From contig RGCW01000001.1 of assembly GCA_009919005.1 (NCBI GenBank), positions 13,591-77,590 of the forward strand: DNA of 64,000 nucleotides, given 5' to 3'. This document shows, one piece after another, positions 1 through 7,629 of the stretch (position 1 is its first letter; the number at the start of each line of letters is the position of its first letter). The position numbers and the translations under genes are program-made. A model generated the notes under the pieces. That model did no database searches. It was not told the origin of the DNA and worked only from the letters and a program-made list of their open reading frames with translations. This DNA is from Candidatus Aquidulcis sp. Its GTDB lineage: Bacteria > Chloroflexota > Limnocylindria > Limnocylindrales > Limnocylindraceae.

Positions 1-368
1 CATCCAGGATCGACGTAGCCCGCGGTTGAGTGAATGAGCAGTCCGAGACGACCGAGAGATGACTTCCCGTCCAGCCGTCCGAGCAGCGCGTTTCCAAGCG
101 TGATCTTTTCGCGGGTTTGGCCTAGAACAAACTCGCCGGGGTGCAGCATGAACTGTTCACCATCGGCGACGTGTTCAAGTTCCGTGAGTTCTGATTGCTC
201 AACGCGTGGATCAATGAAGCCGTAGCGATTGTTGCGAAACACACGAAATGTTCCATCAAGATGAAGATCAACTGAGGCAGGCTGCACATCTGCCTCACTG
301 AAGGGTGTAATAGCAATCTCACCCGCTGCAAGAGCGAGTCGGATATCCCGATCAGAGAGAACACTCAT
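1..368 (-). CDS. dcd: dCTP deaminase, N-terminal part (gene runs off the window start)
   Basis: Manual translation of the minus strand from ATG at 368..366 gives [87 protein letters not shown]..., a typical Dcd N-terminus. This frame is absent from the ORF track because it has no stop inside the window. Its start overlaps the nrdR stop as ATGA. Confidence 0.8.
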   Translation of the reverse strand, partial: MSVLSDRDIRLALAAGEIAITPFSEADVQPASVDLHLDGTFRVFRNNRYGFIDPRVEQSELTELEHVADGEQFMLHPGEFVLGQTREKITLGNALLGRLDGKSSLGRLGLLIHSTAGYVDPG

Positions 369-892
369 GCCTCGGCCTCCACTGGTTTGATTCGTCGCTT
401 CCCCTTTCCGGAACTCTTCTCCGTGAGCAGCTCGTCGACCTCTCGCTTCAACGTTTCAAGATCCTCAAACGATTGATAAACGCTCGCGAAGCGAATGTAG
501 GCAATCTGGTCAATCTCGCGGAGGGCCGCCATTGTCAGTGCTCCGATCCGCGCGGAAGAGATCTCTGTGGCGCCACTTGCGCGAATCTGTGCTTCGATCG
601 CCTCCACGGCCCGCTCTGGCGCATCAACCGGAACTGGCCGTCGAGTGAGGGCACGACGAAGCCCCTCGAGAAGCTTCAACGAGTCGTACTCTTGACGCTC
701 TCCAGAGCGCTTAATGACGTACAACTTCGCCAATTCTGCGCGTTCATAGGTGGTCACGCGAGTTCCGCAAATTCGACACGCTCGGCGGCGCCGGATCACT
801 GCGCCATCATCCAAATCACGAGAATCAACGACGCGCGTGTCGGGCTCTTTGCAGGATGGGCAGCGCACCAGCGAACCTCCTCGTCTACCCAC
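365..892 (-). CDS. nrdR: Transcriptional repressor NrdR (zinc ribbon plus ATP-cone)
   Basis: 175 aa. N-terminal CPSC...CRIC zinc ribbon ([16 protein letters not shown]...[13 protein letters not shown]) followed by an ATP-cone-like region ([16 protein letters not shown]). Confidence 0.9.
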   Translation of the reverse strand: MGRRGGSLVRCPSCKEPDTRVVDSRDLDDGAVIRRRRACRICGTRVTTYERAELAKLYVIKRSGERQEYDSLKLLEGLRRALTRRPVPVDAPERAVEAIEAQIRASGATEISSARIGALTMAALREIDQIAYIRFASVYQSFEDLETLKREVDELLTEKSSGKGKRRIKPVEAEA

Positions 893-936
893 CCTCAGGT
901 GGTCGCCACCGCAGATTGCGGTCTCAGAGAGAGTCT

Positions 937-952
937 ACACACGATCTTGTGT
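937..952. promoter_or_regulatory. Candidate NrdR box (ACACACGATCTTGTGT) about 45 nt upstream of nrdR
   Basis: 16-bp near-palindrome with ACAC...GTGT ends. It resembles the published NrdR-box consensus acaCwAtATaTwGtgt and sits in the mogA-nrdR gap. Confidence 0.3.
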
Positions 953-973
953 ACGAGATCGTCGGGAAGTCGC

Positions 974-1456
974 CTACGAGCGCTCGCGCTCTCCGATCGC
1001 GTCGCTGGCGTGCTCAAGCACAGGGAGCAGGATGGCAAGCCCATCGCGAACAGCGCCACTTCCGCCTGGAAGATTGACGACGAGCGTGCCCTTGGCAACA
1101 CCAGCCACCCCGCGCGAGAGGATGGCGGCGGGGGTCTGGGATCGGCCCAGCATGCGAATTGCGTCAGGTATGCCAGGGATGGTTCGTTCGAGGAGCGGCA
1201 GCGTGGCGTCGGGCGTCACATCTCGCGAACTCAAGCCAGTCCCTCCAGCCGTCAAGATGACATCAACGGAGCCTAGATGGCGCTCCAGCTCCTCCCGTAT
1301 CGCGCCGACCTCGTCGGGCACCGCTGCACGACGAACCTCCCACCCATGTGCGGCGAGTGCTGCAGCAGCAAGCGTCCCGGCCTTGTCTTCTCGTTCGCCA
1401 GAGTGAATTGAATCACTCACCGTTAAGACCAGAATTGATCGCGCGGAGTCGCTCAT
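974..1456 (-). CDS. mogA: Molybdenum cofactor biosynthesis protein MogA/MoaB family
   Basis: 160 aa with LTAGGTGLSSRDVTPDA, the GGTG motif region, and overall MoaB/MogA-like sequence. Confidence 0.75.
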   Translation of the reverse strand: MSDSARSILVLTVSDSIHSGEREDKAGTLAAAALAAHGWEVRRAAVPDEVGAIREELERHLGSVDVILTAGGTGLSSRDVTPDATLPLLERTIPGIPDAIRMLGRSQTPAAILSRGVAGVAKGTLVVNLPGGSGAVRDGLAILLPVLEHASDAIGERERS

Positions 1457-1465
1457 TGCAGCATC

Positions 1466-3025
1466 TTAATACCCGAACGATCCCGCGAGACTTTGAATGA
1501 TCAATATTGCGGCACCCGCACCCAAGAAGAGGTTCAGCAACATGAAACGCCGCCACGCTGCGCGTGCGGCCTGATGTGTCGCCGGTCCGAGCAGAAGCGG
1601 GAGGAGCGAGATCACGCTCGCGACGGGCAGCAGAGCACCGAGGCGCTGCAGCCACTCTCCTTGCACCAGCAGCAGGAGCCCGGCTACCCCATACAACGAC
1701 GCGGCGAACCAGCCGCCACCCCGAACACCGAAGAGGGTGCCGACCGTCGCGATCCCGCTGTGGCGATCGGCATCAACATCTTGGAGCGCCCCAACAACGT
1801 GACTGGCCATATTCCAGAGGAGAAACGCGGTAAGCGGTGCGACCCACGCCGCCTGGATCGATCCGCCGAGCATCAACCCGGCGAGCGCAGGGAGCACAAA
1901 GTGTGTTGCCGAAATCACCGAGTCAAGAATCGGAATGGCTCGGGCACGCACGAACCATGGTGCGCTGTAGATGGTGGCTGAACCAATTGCGAGGAGGCAG
2001 AAGAGCGGCACGATGATCTGTTCGGTGAGCAGGAAGATCAGCGCTGAGAGCGCGCTGAAGAGAAGGGTCGTCCGCAGCGCAGGGAGATCTCGTTGCTGAA
2101 GAAGCGCACCTTCGGCGCCACCCTTCCGAGGATTGTGTCGATCCGTCTCCAGATCGTAGAGATCGTTGATTCCATAGAGGAATGCGTTATACGCCACCCC
2201 CCACCAGAGGAGCAGCGGGAGGAACCATGTACCAACCGACTCGCCAGCTCCCGCAGCGAGCGCGCCACCTGCAAACGGGAGTGCTGTATTGATCCAGGAG
2301 ACCGGTCGAGAGGAGAGGAAGATGCGCCACCAGGTTCCACCACCGCGAGATATTGACGACGTGAGCTGGATGGCAACAAGCGCGAACGCAGCCGCGTAGA
2401 AGATGTCCTCGATCGGCGCAATGCCAACCGCTACCCCTGAGCGCGGCTCAGACGCGTAGTGAAAGAGGCCAACGGCGCACATGAGGTTGTCAAAGATGAC
2501 CGTCAGCACAAGGAAGATTGCAAGGCTCCGCCGTGCGGAACGCTGGTTGGCCAGCAGCGGCGCGGTAAGTACGAGGGCCCCGACTCCCATGCCCGCTGAC
2601 ACCGCCGTGTATTCACCGCCAACCTGGGCACCAGCGATGAGGGCCATCGTAACGCCCATGGCACCCACCGCACTTATGACCACCCGAGGCGAAAGGGGCG
2701 CGGACGAAGCACGATCTTGCTTCGATGCAAGACTCATCAGCACGCAGACAAGTGACGATAGCGCGGCCAAGAGCACGATCTCTTCAACTGGCAGCCCTGT
2801 GCCGAGCGCTCCGTGTCCCGGGAGCATGAGCACGGTTGAGGTAAGCGGAGTTCCAAACCAACCGCGCCAGATTCCAATCGCATCGACCGTGAGAAAGATC
2901 ACGGTGGTGCACGCTACGGTAGGAGCGAGAACCTCACGCCGTACCGGAAGGGAGAATCGATGTACAAGTCCTCGTATGCCGAACAACGAGACGGCGATGA
3001 CCGCGAGATAGATGAGTCCGGTCAT
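1466..3025 (-). CDS. Tri-domain carotenoid enzyme: two lycopene-cyclase domains (CrtYc/Yd or CrtYe/Yf-like) fused to a UbiA-family prenyltransferase (lycopene elongase CrtEb-like)
   Basis: Polytopic membrane protein. Two N-terminal repeats of about 110 aa each carry the P-x-E-(E/D) cyclase-domain motif: GIWRGWFG...GLPVEEIVLL and FDNLMCAVGLFHY...APIEDIFYAAAF. The C-terminal roughly 285 aa has the UbiA Asp-rich motif NAFLYGINDLYDLETDRHNPRKGG and a second motif QDVDADRHSG. The track starts at GTG 3043; ATG at 3025 (MTGLIYL) overlaps the upstream stop as ATGA. Confidence 0.6.
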   Translation of the reverse strand: MTGLIYLAVIAVSLFGIRGLVHRFSLPVRREVLAPTVACTTVIFLTVDAIGIWRGWFGTPLTSTVLMLPGHGALGTGLPVEEIVLLAALSSLVCVLMSLASKQDRASSAPLSPRVVISAVGAMGVTMALIAGAQVGGEYTAVSAGMGVGALVLTAPLLANQRSARRSLAIFLVLTVIFDNLMCAVGLFHYASEPRSGVAVGIAPIEDIFYAAAFALVAIQLTSSISRGGGTWWRIFLSSRPVSWINTALPFAGGALAAGAGESVGTWFLPLLLWWGVAYNAFLYGINDLYDLETDRHNPRKGGAEGALLQQRDLPALRTTLLFSALSALIFLLTEQIIVPLFCLLAIGSATIYSAPWFVRARAIPILDSVISATHFVLPALAGLMLGGSIQAAWVAPLTAFLLWNMASHVVGALQDVDADRHSGIATVGTLFGVRGGGWFAASLYGVAGLLLLVQGEWLQRLGALLPVASVISLLPLLLGPATHQAARAAWRRFMLLNLFLGAGAAILIIQSLAGSFGY

Positions 3026-3681
3026 CGATATCGTGCACTCCACCGGAAGGCCAGAAGTGAGATCAGGGCAAGCGACGCACAGAAGAGGATCGCAGCCAGA
3101 ATCCAGAATCGCTCGGGATAGAGTTGCACGAGGCGATCGGTTGCAGGATTAAATGTCCACGTGCCATCGGCGAAGAAGAGGCGATGAAAGAAAGTGAACG
3201 TGGCGTCAAACGCCAGCGCAAACGCCGCGGCCGCCGCGAGCGCACCCCCTGCGATAAGTCGCCCTCCATCTCGGGCGGCGACGCGTAACCACGAAGCCCG
3301 ACGCCACCCCGCCAAGCACAAGAGAACCAGCCCACACACGCCCGCGATGAGCACTGTTCGCAGCAGGGCACCAACATCGACAAGATGTGCTCGCTCGCTT
3401 GCAGAGAGGAGCGGCGCGCCGTTCATCGGCACCCCAAACGCACCCGCCGCGAGTAGGTCTCCTACCAACGCGTCTGAAAGCTGCTCAGCCACCTCTGGCG
3501 CAACGCCAAGTGCCACTGGGGCACCACTGAGCCTCAACAGCAGGTGCACAGCTGGAGGCGTCAGGAATAGCGCCGTCGCGGTCGCGATCATCAGTGCGGT
3601 GGCGGCGAGCGCCAGAACCACCCGCCGCAGGAGACGGCGGAGGGGCTTCACGTGTCGGCGAGCACCTGCCCCTGCTCCCAC
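3022..3681 (-). CDS. DUF1461/TIGR01906-family integral membrane protein (Lit-like)
   Basis: 219 aa, several TM segments. C-terminal FHRLFFADGTWTFNPATDRLVQLYPERFW block is typical of this family. Stop overlaps the start of the carotenoid fusion gene. Confidence 0.4.
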   Translation of the reverse strand: MGAGAGARRHVKPLRRLLRRVVLALAATALMIATATALFLTPPAVHLLLRLSGAPVALGVAPEVAEQLSDALVGDLLAAGAFGVPMNGAPLLSASERAHLVDVGALLRTVLIAGVCGLVLLCLAGWRRASWLRVAARDGGRLIAGGALAAAAAFALAFDATFTFFHRLFFADGTWTFNPATDRLVQLYPERFWILAAILFCASLALISLLAFRWSARYR

Positions 3682-4040
3682 CAGGAACGGAGGGAGAGCG
3701 GGTCAGGAAGGGGCAGCCCGAGCGTCTGAGCGGTGGCCATTACTGAACCCCGGAACTGCTCCCACGGAGCCGCGGCCAGCACCGCTACCCCACCGAATCC
3801 CGCCTGGGCCAGAAGTTCGTGTTCAGCGGGACCAAAGAAGGCCAGGTTCAAGAGCAGGGCCTCATCGCGCCACTCTGCGACGTCGGCGGTGGTCGCATCG
3901 GTCTGATCGGCGAGCGTTTGGCGACGAGTTGGCGTCTCGGTGCGCTCAAGGAGCAGGCCGGTTGTGAAGATGCCCTGAGCCTCGAGCCGTGCGAGATGCA
4001 CGGGCTCAATCCGAGTAAGTTGCGTGATCGCCGGCATAGA
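3648..4040 (-). CDS. Hypothetical protein, DUF4332-like (helix-hairpin-helix-like)
   Basis: Track ORF is 3648..4121. The internal Met MPAITQLTRIEPVHLARLEAQGIFTTGLLLERTE looks like the likely start, giving 131 aa. Divergent from the rhodopsin gene. Confidence 0.35.
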   Translation of the reverse strand, partial: SMPAITQLTRIEPVHLARLEAQGIFTTGLLLERTETPTRRQTLADQTDATTADVAEWRDEALLLNLAFFGPAEHELLAQAGFGGVAVLAAAPWEQFRGSVMATAQTLGLPLPDPLSLRSWWEQGQVLADT

Positions 4041-4099
4041 TGCCCCCTTTCCTCCCCCGCAGCCTAGCGCCTCCTGCAGCGAGGCGGAGCGGAGCAGTT

Positions 4100-4120
4100 T
4101 GTTACATATTGTCTGTAACA
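4100..4120. promoter_or_regulatory. Perfect palindrome TGTTACA-N7-TGTAACA in the divergent promoter region upstream of the rhodopsin gene
   Basis: tGTTACAtattgtcTGTAACa read directly from the sequence; the two 7-bp arms are reverse complements. It lies in an AT-rich intergenic stretch between the DUF4332 gene and the rhodopsin gene and overlaps sequences resembling a -35 (TTGTTACA) and a -10 (TAACAAT) element. Confidence 0.3.
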
Positions 4121-4220
4121 ATAGCGAAATGTTGCGAGACCTTATCTCTCCGCTGCGATTCTGGGATACTTATCGACAGCGATCCGAGGAGGTCGCAGAA
4201 GAACATAGGGAGGTCCATTG

Positions 4221-4967
4221 ATGAGTCCACAGGACGCATATCAATTGGTCTATAACTTCATGTCCCTCGCGATTGCCGCGATGGGATCGAGCTTCTTCTT
4301 CTTCGTCTCCGCTCGCGGAGCTCTGAAGGAGGGGAACCGGATGGCGGTCACGCTGTCGGCCACAGTTGTGCTGATTGCGTTGTACCACTACGTCCGAATC
4401 TTCGACTCGTGGGTAGCCTTTGGCACCTCGGGCGGAGCTGTTCCGTTTAACGAGGCCTACCGATACGTGGACTGGCTCCTGACGGTGCCACTCCTTGTTG
4501 CTGAGTTGGTGCTCGTACTCAAGCTTGACAAGAAGCTGGAGAGCACGCTGCTCAAGCGAAACGTGCTCTACGCGTTCTTGATGATCGCAACGGGCTATGT
4601 CGGCGAGATGACGAACATCACCTCGGTTGACCTTGCTTCCCCGCGAACCATCTGGGGCGCTATCAGCTCGGTCTTCTTTGTCCTAATCCTCCGCGACCTG
4701 TTCGGCGGCATTGATGCCTCGATCAAGAAGCAGAGCAAGGACATCCAGGGGATCTTCAAGATCCTTCGCGTCGTACTGATTGCGACGTGGGGCGTCTACC
4801 CGATCGCCTATCTGCTCCCAGCCGTTGCCGGCAACCTTGGCCTCACCGCCCAGGACGGCCTCGTGCTGAAGCAGGTCGGATACACGATCGCCGACATCCT
4901 GGCCAAGCCGGGCTACGGTCTCCTCATCTGGAAGATCGCAACCCTGAAGAACGGTTCTTCGAAGTAA
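4221..4967 (+). CDS. Microbial (type I) rhodopsin, proteorhodopsin/xanthorhodopsin/actinorhodopsin-clade light-driven proton pump
   Basis: 248 aa, 7 TM. Helix [19 protein letters not shown] is almost identical to proteorhodopsin [16 protein letters not shown] and gives a D/T/E motif. Helix B His is present (LYHYV). Helix [15 protein letters not shown] supplies the retinal Schiff-base Lys. Leu occupies the PR-105 tuning position. RBS GGGAGG lies 7 nt upstream of ATG 4221. The track starts at TTG 4218. Confidence 0.92.
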   Translation: MSPQDAYQLVYNFMSLAIAAMGSSFFFFVSARGALKEGNRMAVTLSATVVLIALYHYVRIFDSWVAFGTSGGAVPFNEAYRYVDWLLTVPLLVAELVLVLKLDKKLESTLLKRNVLYAFLMIATGYVGEMTNITSVDLASPRTIWGAISSVFFVLILRDLFGGIDASIKKQSKDIQGIFKILRVVLIATWGVYPIAYLLPAVAGNLGLTAQDGLVLKQVGYTIADILAKPGYGLLIWKIATLKNGSSK

Positions 4968-5009
4968 TCCCCTTCCGACGGGAGACCGTCGGGTTCGGAT
5001 AAAGGAGAA

Positions 5010-5040
5010 GGCCCGGGGGAAACCCCCGGGCCTTCTCTAT
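5010..5040. terminator. Bidirectional rho-independent terminator between the convergent rhodopsin gene and tRNA-Pro
   Basis: GGCCCGGGGG-aaa-CCCCCGGGCC is a perfect 10-bp stem. It is followed by TTCTCTATTGT on the plus strand and by TTCTCCTTTAT on the minus strand. Confidence 0.6.
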
Positions 5041-5052
5041 TGTCAGCAGGTT

Positions 5053-5129
5053 TGGTCGGGGCGACTGGATTCGAACCAGCGACCTCTTGCACCCCATGCA
5101 AGCGCGCTACCAAGCTGCGCTACGCCCCG
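5053..5129 (-). tRNA. tRNA-Pro (anticodon GGG)
   Basis: Reverse complement folds by hand: CGGGGCG-TA-GCGC-AGCTTGGTA-GCGC-G-CTTGC-ATGGGGT-GCAAG-AGGTC-GCTGG-TTCGAAT-CCAGT-CGCCCCG-A-CCA, 77 nt with CCA encoded. Confidence 0.85.
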
Positions 5130-5155
5130 ACGAACAAGCGAGAATCGGCAGTGTA

Positions 5156-6187
5156 TCAGGACGAGTGGCGCCACTCCTGAGCCGGAGACCGACCCAATAA
5201 GCCCCGCGCGATCGCCTCAATTGACGCTCCTCCATCAAGCGCCGCGACGACCGCCGCCGTGATCGGCAACTCTAGTTTTCGCGCTGCGGCGAGATGGAGC
5301 GCACCATGTGCGGTGCCGATCCCTTCGACCGTCGCACCAATCGTGTCAACGGCCGCCTGAACTGACAGCCCACTTGCAAGGAGCGCGCCGAGTTTCGCGT
5401 TACGCGATCCTGTATTTGATGCGGTCAGCACCAGGTCTCCCACACCCGCAAGGCCGCAGGTCGTTTCGGTTCGGCCACCGCAGGCCTCCGCAAGGCGGGC
5501 CATCTCTGCCACACCCCGTGAGAGGAGCGCTGCAGCAGCATTCTCGCCATATCCGAGGGCGCGCACTCCACTGACTGCAATGGCGATTACGTTTTTCAAC
5601 GCACCGCCGATCTCCACTCCGACCACATCATCCGTGAGGTAGAGGCGGAATGTGGGGCGAACCAGCAGGTTGCGTAGCTCCTCCCCAAGGGTCGCCTCGC
5701 CGGCGAGGACGGCGGCGGCTGGTTTCCCGACCGCGATCTCGCTTGCAAGGTTCGGACCTGAGAGCACCGCAACTCGAGAAAGATCAGCGCCGGCGGATTC
5801 GAGCACTTCCGTGGGGCGTGCGCCGTTCGACGAGAGCCCCTTTGAAGCGACGAGGATTGGCGCAGTCCCGGCGGCCTCGACGATGCGTCGTGCCGTCTCT
5901 ACGGTGAGATCAGCGGACGGGATCGTGACAACAAACACATCCCCTGGCGCCAGCGCTGTTGCCGCTTCGTCGGCGCTACCGATGCGAATACTGGTCGGCA
6001 GTTCGACCCCTGGTAATCGCCGTGCGTTGCGCTGCGTACGCCGTATGGTTGTCGCATCGTTCGCCGTTCTGGCCAGCAGCTCGATGCTTGCGTCATGCGG
6101 CGATGGACTCTGATCCCTGCTCCAGAGCAGGGCGAGCGCGGTTCCCCAAGCGCCAGCACCAAGGATTCGGATCGTCTTCGTGCTCAT
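5156..6187 (-). CDS. gpsA: NAD(P)H-dependent glycerol-3-phosphate dehydrogenase
   Basis: 343 aa. N-terminal [14 protein letters not shown] Rossmann motif and overall GpsA-like sequence. Confidence 0.9.
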   Translation of the reverse strand: MSTKTIRILGAGAWGTALALLWSRDQSPSPHDASIELLARTANDATTIRRTQRNARRLPGVELPTSIRIGSADEAATALAPGDVFVVTIPSADLTVETARRIVEAAGTAPILVASKGLSSNGARPTEVLESAGADLSRVAVLSGPNLASEIAVGKPAAAVLAGEATLGEELRNLLVRPTFRLYLTDDVVGVEIGGALKNVIAIAVSGVRALGYGENAAAALLSRGVAEMARLAEACGGRTETTCGLAGVGDLVLTASNTGSRNAKLGALLASGLSVQAAVDTIGATVEGIGTAHGALHLAAARKLELPITAAVVAALDGGASIEAIARGLLGRSPAQEWRHSS

Positions 6188-7629
6188 CAGGAAGGTTTGG
6201 CCTTGGCCTGGGCACCCTTTGGCGCGCGTGGTTGGCGACCTCGCTCATGCCCCTCCTCCGCCTCTCGCTCCCGCACCACAATACGAATGGGCGTTCCCTT
6301 CAGCGGATATCGATCGCGGATCTGATTCTCCAAGTAGCGCTGCCAGGTGAAGTGCACCTGGGCGGCATTCCTGGCAAACACCACAAACGTCGGCGGCGGC
6401 GTGGCGGCCTGCGCGGCGTAAAGGATCTTGGGGCGCTTGCTGCCACTATGCGCGGGCTCTTGGCGAGCTACTGCCTCGGCAACCAGGCGATTGAGCACGC
6501 CTGTCGGAATGCGCAGCCTGCGAGCATCCGCGGCCGCGAGAGCAGCATCCAGCACCTTCGTCGCACGAAGCCCCGTAGCGGCGGAGATGGAGATCAGAGG
6601 CGCAAAATCGAGGAAGGGTGCCTGACGACGTAACTTCCCCTCAATCTCATCGAAGGTAAAGCCATCTTTCTCGATAAGGTCCCACTTATTCAAGACTAGG
6701 ACCAAACCCTTTCCTGCATCGATTACTGAGCCAGCAATATGTAGGTCTTGGGCCTGAAGTCCCGTCGATGCATCGATGAGCAGGAGTGCGACGTCAGCCC
6801 GGTCCAGGGCACGGACTGAGCGGACCGTTGCCCACTTTTCGGCAGATGGTCCCGATGCAACCTTTCCGCGCTTGCGAATCCCAGCCGTATCAACAAGGGT
6901 CACGTGCCGCCCCGCATGGTGCAACCGCTCGTCAATGGCGTCTCGTGTGGTGCCCGCAATCTCGCTGACGACAGTTCGCTCAGCCCCGATGAGCCGATTC
7001 AACAGGCTTGATTTGCCAACATTTGGTCGACCCACAATTGCGAGCGTCACCTCACCTTCAACGTATGGGTCTCCGGCGCTTTCTGGTAGTGCGCCCAGCC
7101 GCTCCACAATCACATCCAAGAGATCGCCCGAGCCGATCCCATGCTGTGCACTCACGGGGTGAAGGCGATCAAAGCCAAGTACTGAAAATTCCTGTGCGGC
7201 GCGGTCACGCTCAATGTTGTCAGCCTTATTGGCGACGAGAATGATTGGCTTGCCGCTGCGGCGAAGCAGCTGGGCTGCCTCGGCATCTCCAGGGATCGGA
7301 CCCACAGAGGCATCAACAACGAGCAGAATGATGTCAGCAGCTTTGACCGCGATATGCGCTTGGTCTTGCACTCCGATTTCAATCGGGTCACCGGCGGCAG
7401 GCTGCAAGCCGCCGGTGTCGACAACTCGAAACTTACAACCGTTCCATTCGACGATGCCGATCAGCCGATCCCGAGTGGTGCCAGCGCGATCCTCTACAAC
7501 GGCGCGACGCTCTCCAACAAAGCGATTGAAGAGGGTGCTTTTGCCCACATTCGGTCGGCCGACCAAAGCGACGAGGGGCAGACGATGAGGCGAGGCCTCG
7601 GTGTCGCCAGAGGCCGCTGACGTGGTCAC
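6187..7629 (-). CDS. der: Ribosome-associated GTPase Der (EngA), tandem GTPase domains
   Basis: 480 aa with two G1 motifs, GRPNVGKSTLFN and GRPNVGKSSLLN, and a C-terminal KH-like region. Confidence 0.9.
   Translation of the reverse strand: MTTSAASGDTEASPHRLPLVALVGRPNVGKSTLFNRFVGERRAVVEDRAGTTRDRLIGIVEWNGCKFRVVDTGGLQPAAGDPIEIGVQDQAHIAVKAADIILLVVDASVGPIPGDAEAAQLLRRSGKPIILVANKADNIERDRAAQEFSVLGFDRLHPVSAQHGIGSGDLLDVIVERLGALPESAGDPYVEGEVTLAIVGRPNVGKSSLLNRLIGAERTVVSEIAGTTRDAIDERLHHAGRHVTLVDTAGIRKRGKVASGPSAEKWATVRSVRALDRADVALLLIDASTGLQAQDLHIAGSVIDAGKGLVLVLNKWDLIEKDGFTFDEIEGKLRRQAPFLDFAPLISISAATGLRATKVLDAALAAADARRLRIPTGVLNRLVAEAVARQEPAHSGSKRPKILYAAQAATPPPTFVVFARNAAQVHFTWQRYLENQIRDRYPLKGTPIRIVVREREAEEGHERGRQPRAPKGAQAKAKPS

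Noticed and set aside
122-364. Track ORFs 34..225 (+) and 122..364 (-) at the window start
   Set aside because: A different minus-strand frame (1..368) translates into an unmistakable dCTP deaminase N-terminus. The listed ORFs are out-of-frame artefacts.
473-1276. Long plus-strand ORFs antisense to annotated minus-strand genes (473..1276, 750..1406, 11913..12734, 36105..36794, 38172..38591, 55117..55833, 60127..60723 and many shorter ones)
   Set aside because: They lie entirely within, and antisense to, genes that have strong homology-type motifs. High-GC genomes generate long stop-free antisense frames. Their translations are low-complexity and rich in Arg, Ala, Ser and Pro.
4913-5113. 66-aa minus-strand ORF overlapping the terminator hairpin and tRNA-Pro, and 73-aa ORF 51652..51873 overlapping the CAU tRNA
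   Set aside because: These regions are explained by well-folding tRNAs and a terminator. Protein-coding is implausible.
1466-5129. Possibility that the rhodopsin/carotenoid region is a tRNA-Pro-integrated genomic island
   Set aside because: No integrase, excisionase or phage genes are present. I found no direct repeat of the tRNA-Pro 3-prime end to the left. Flanking genes (mogA, nrdR, dcd, gpsA) are core. Only a mild GC dip supports foreign origin.
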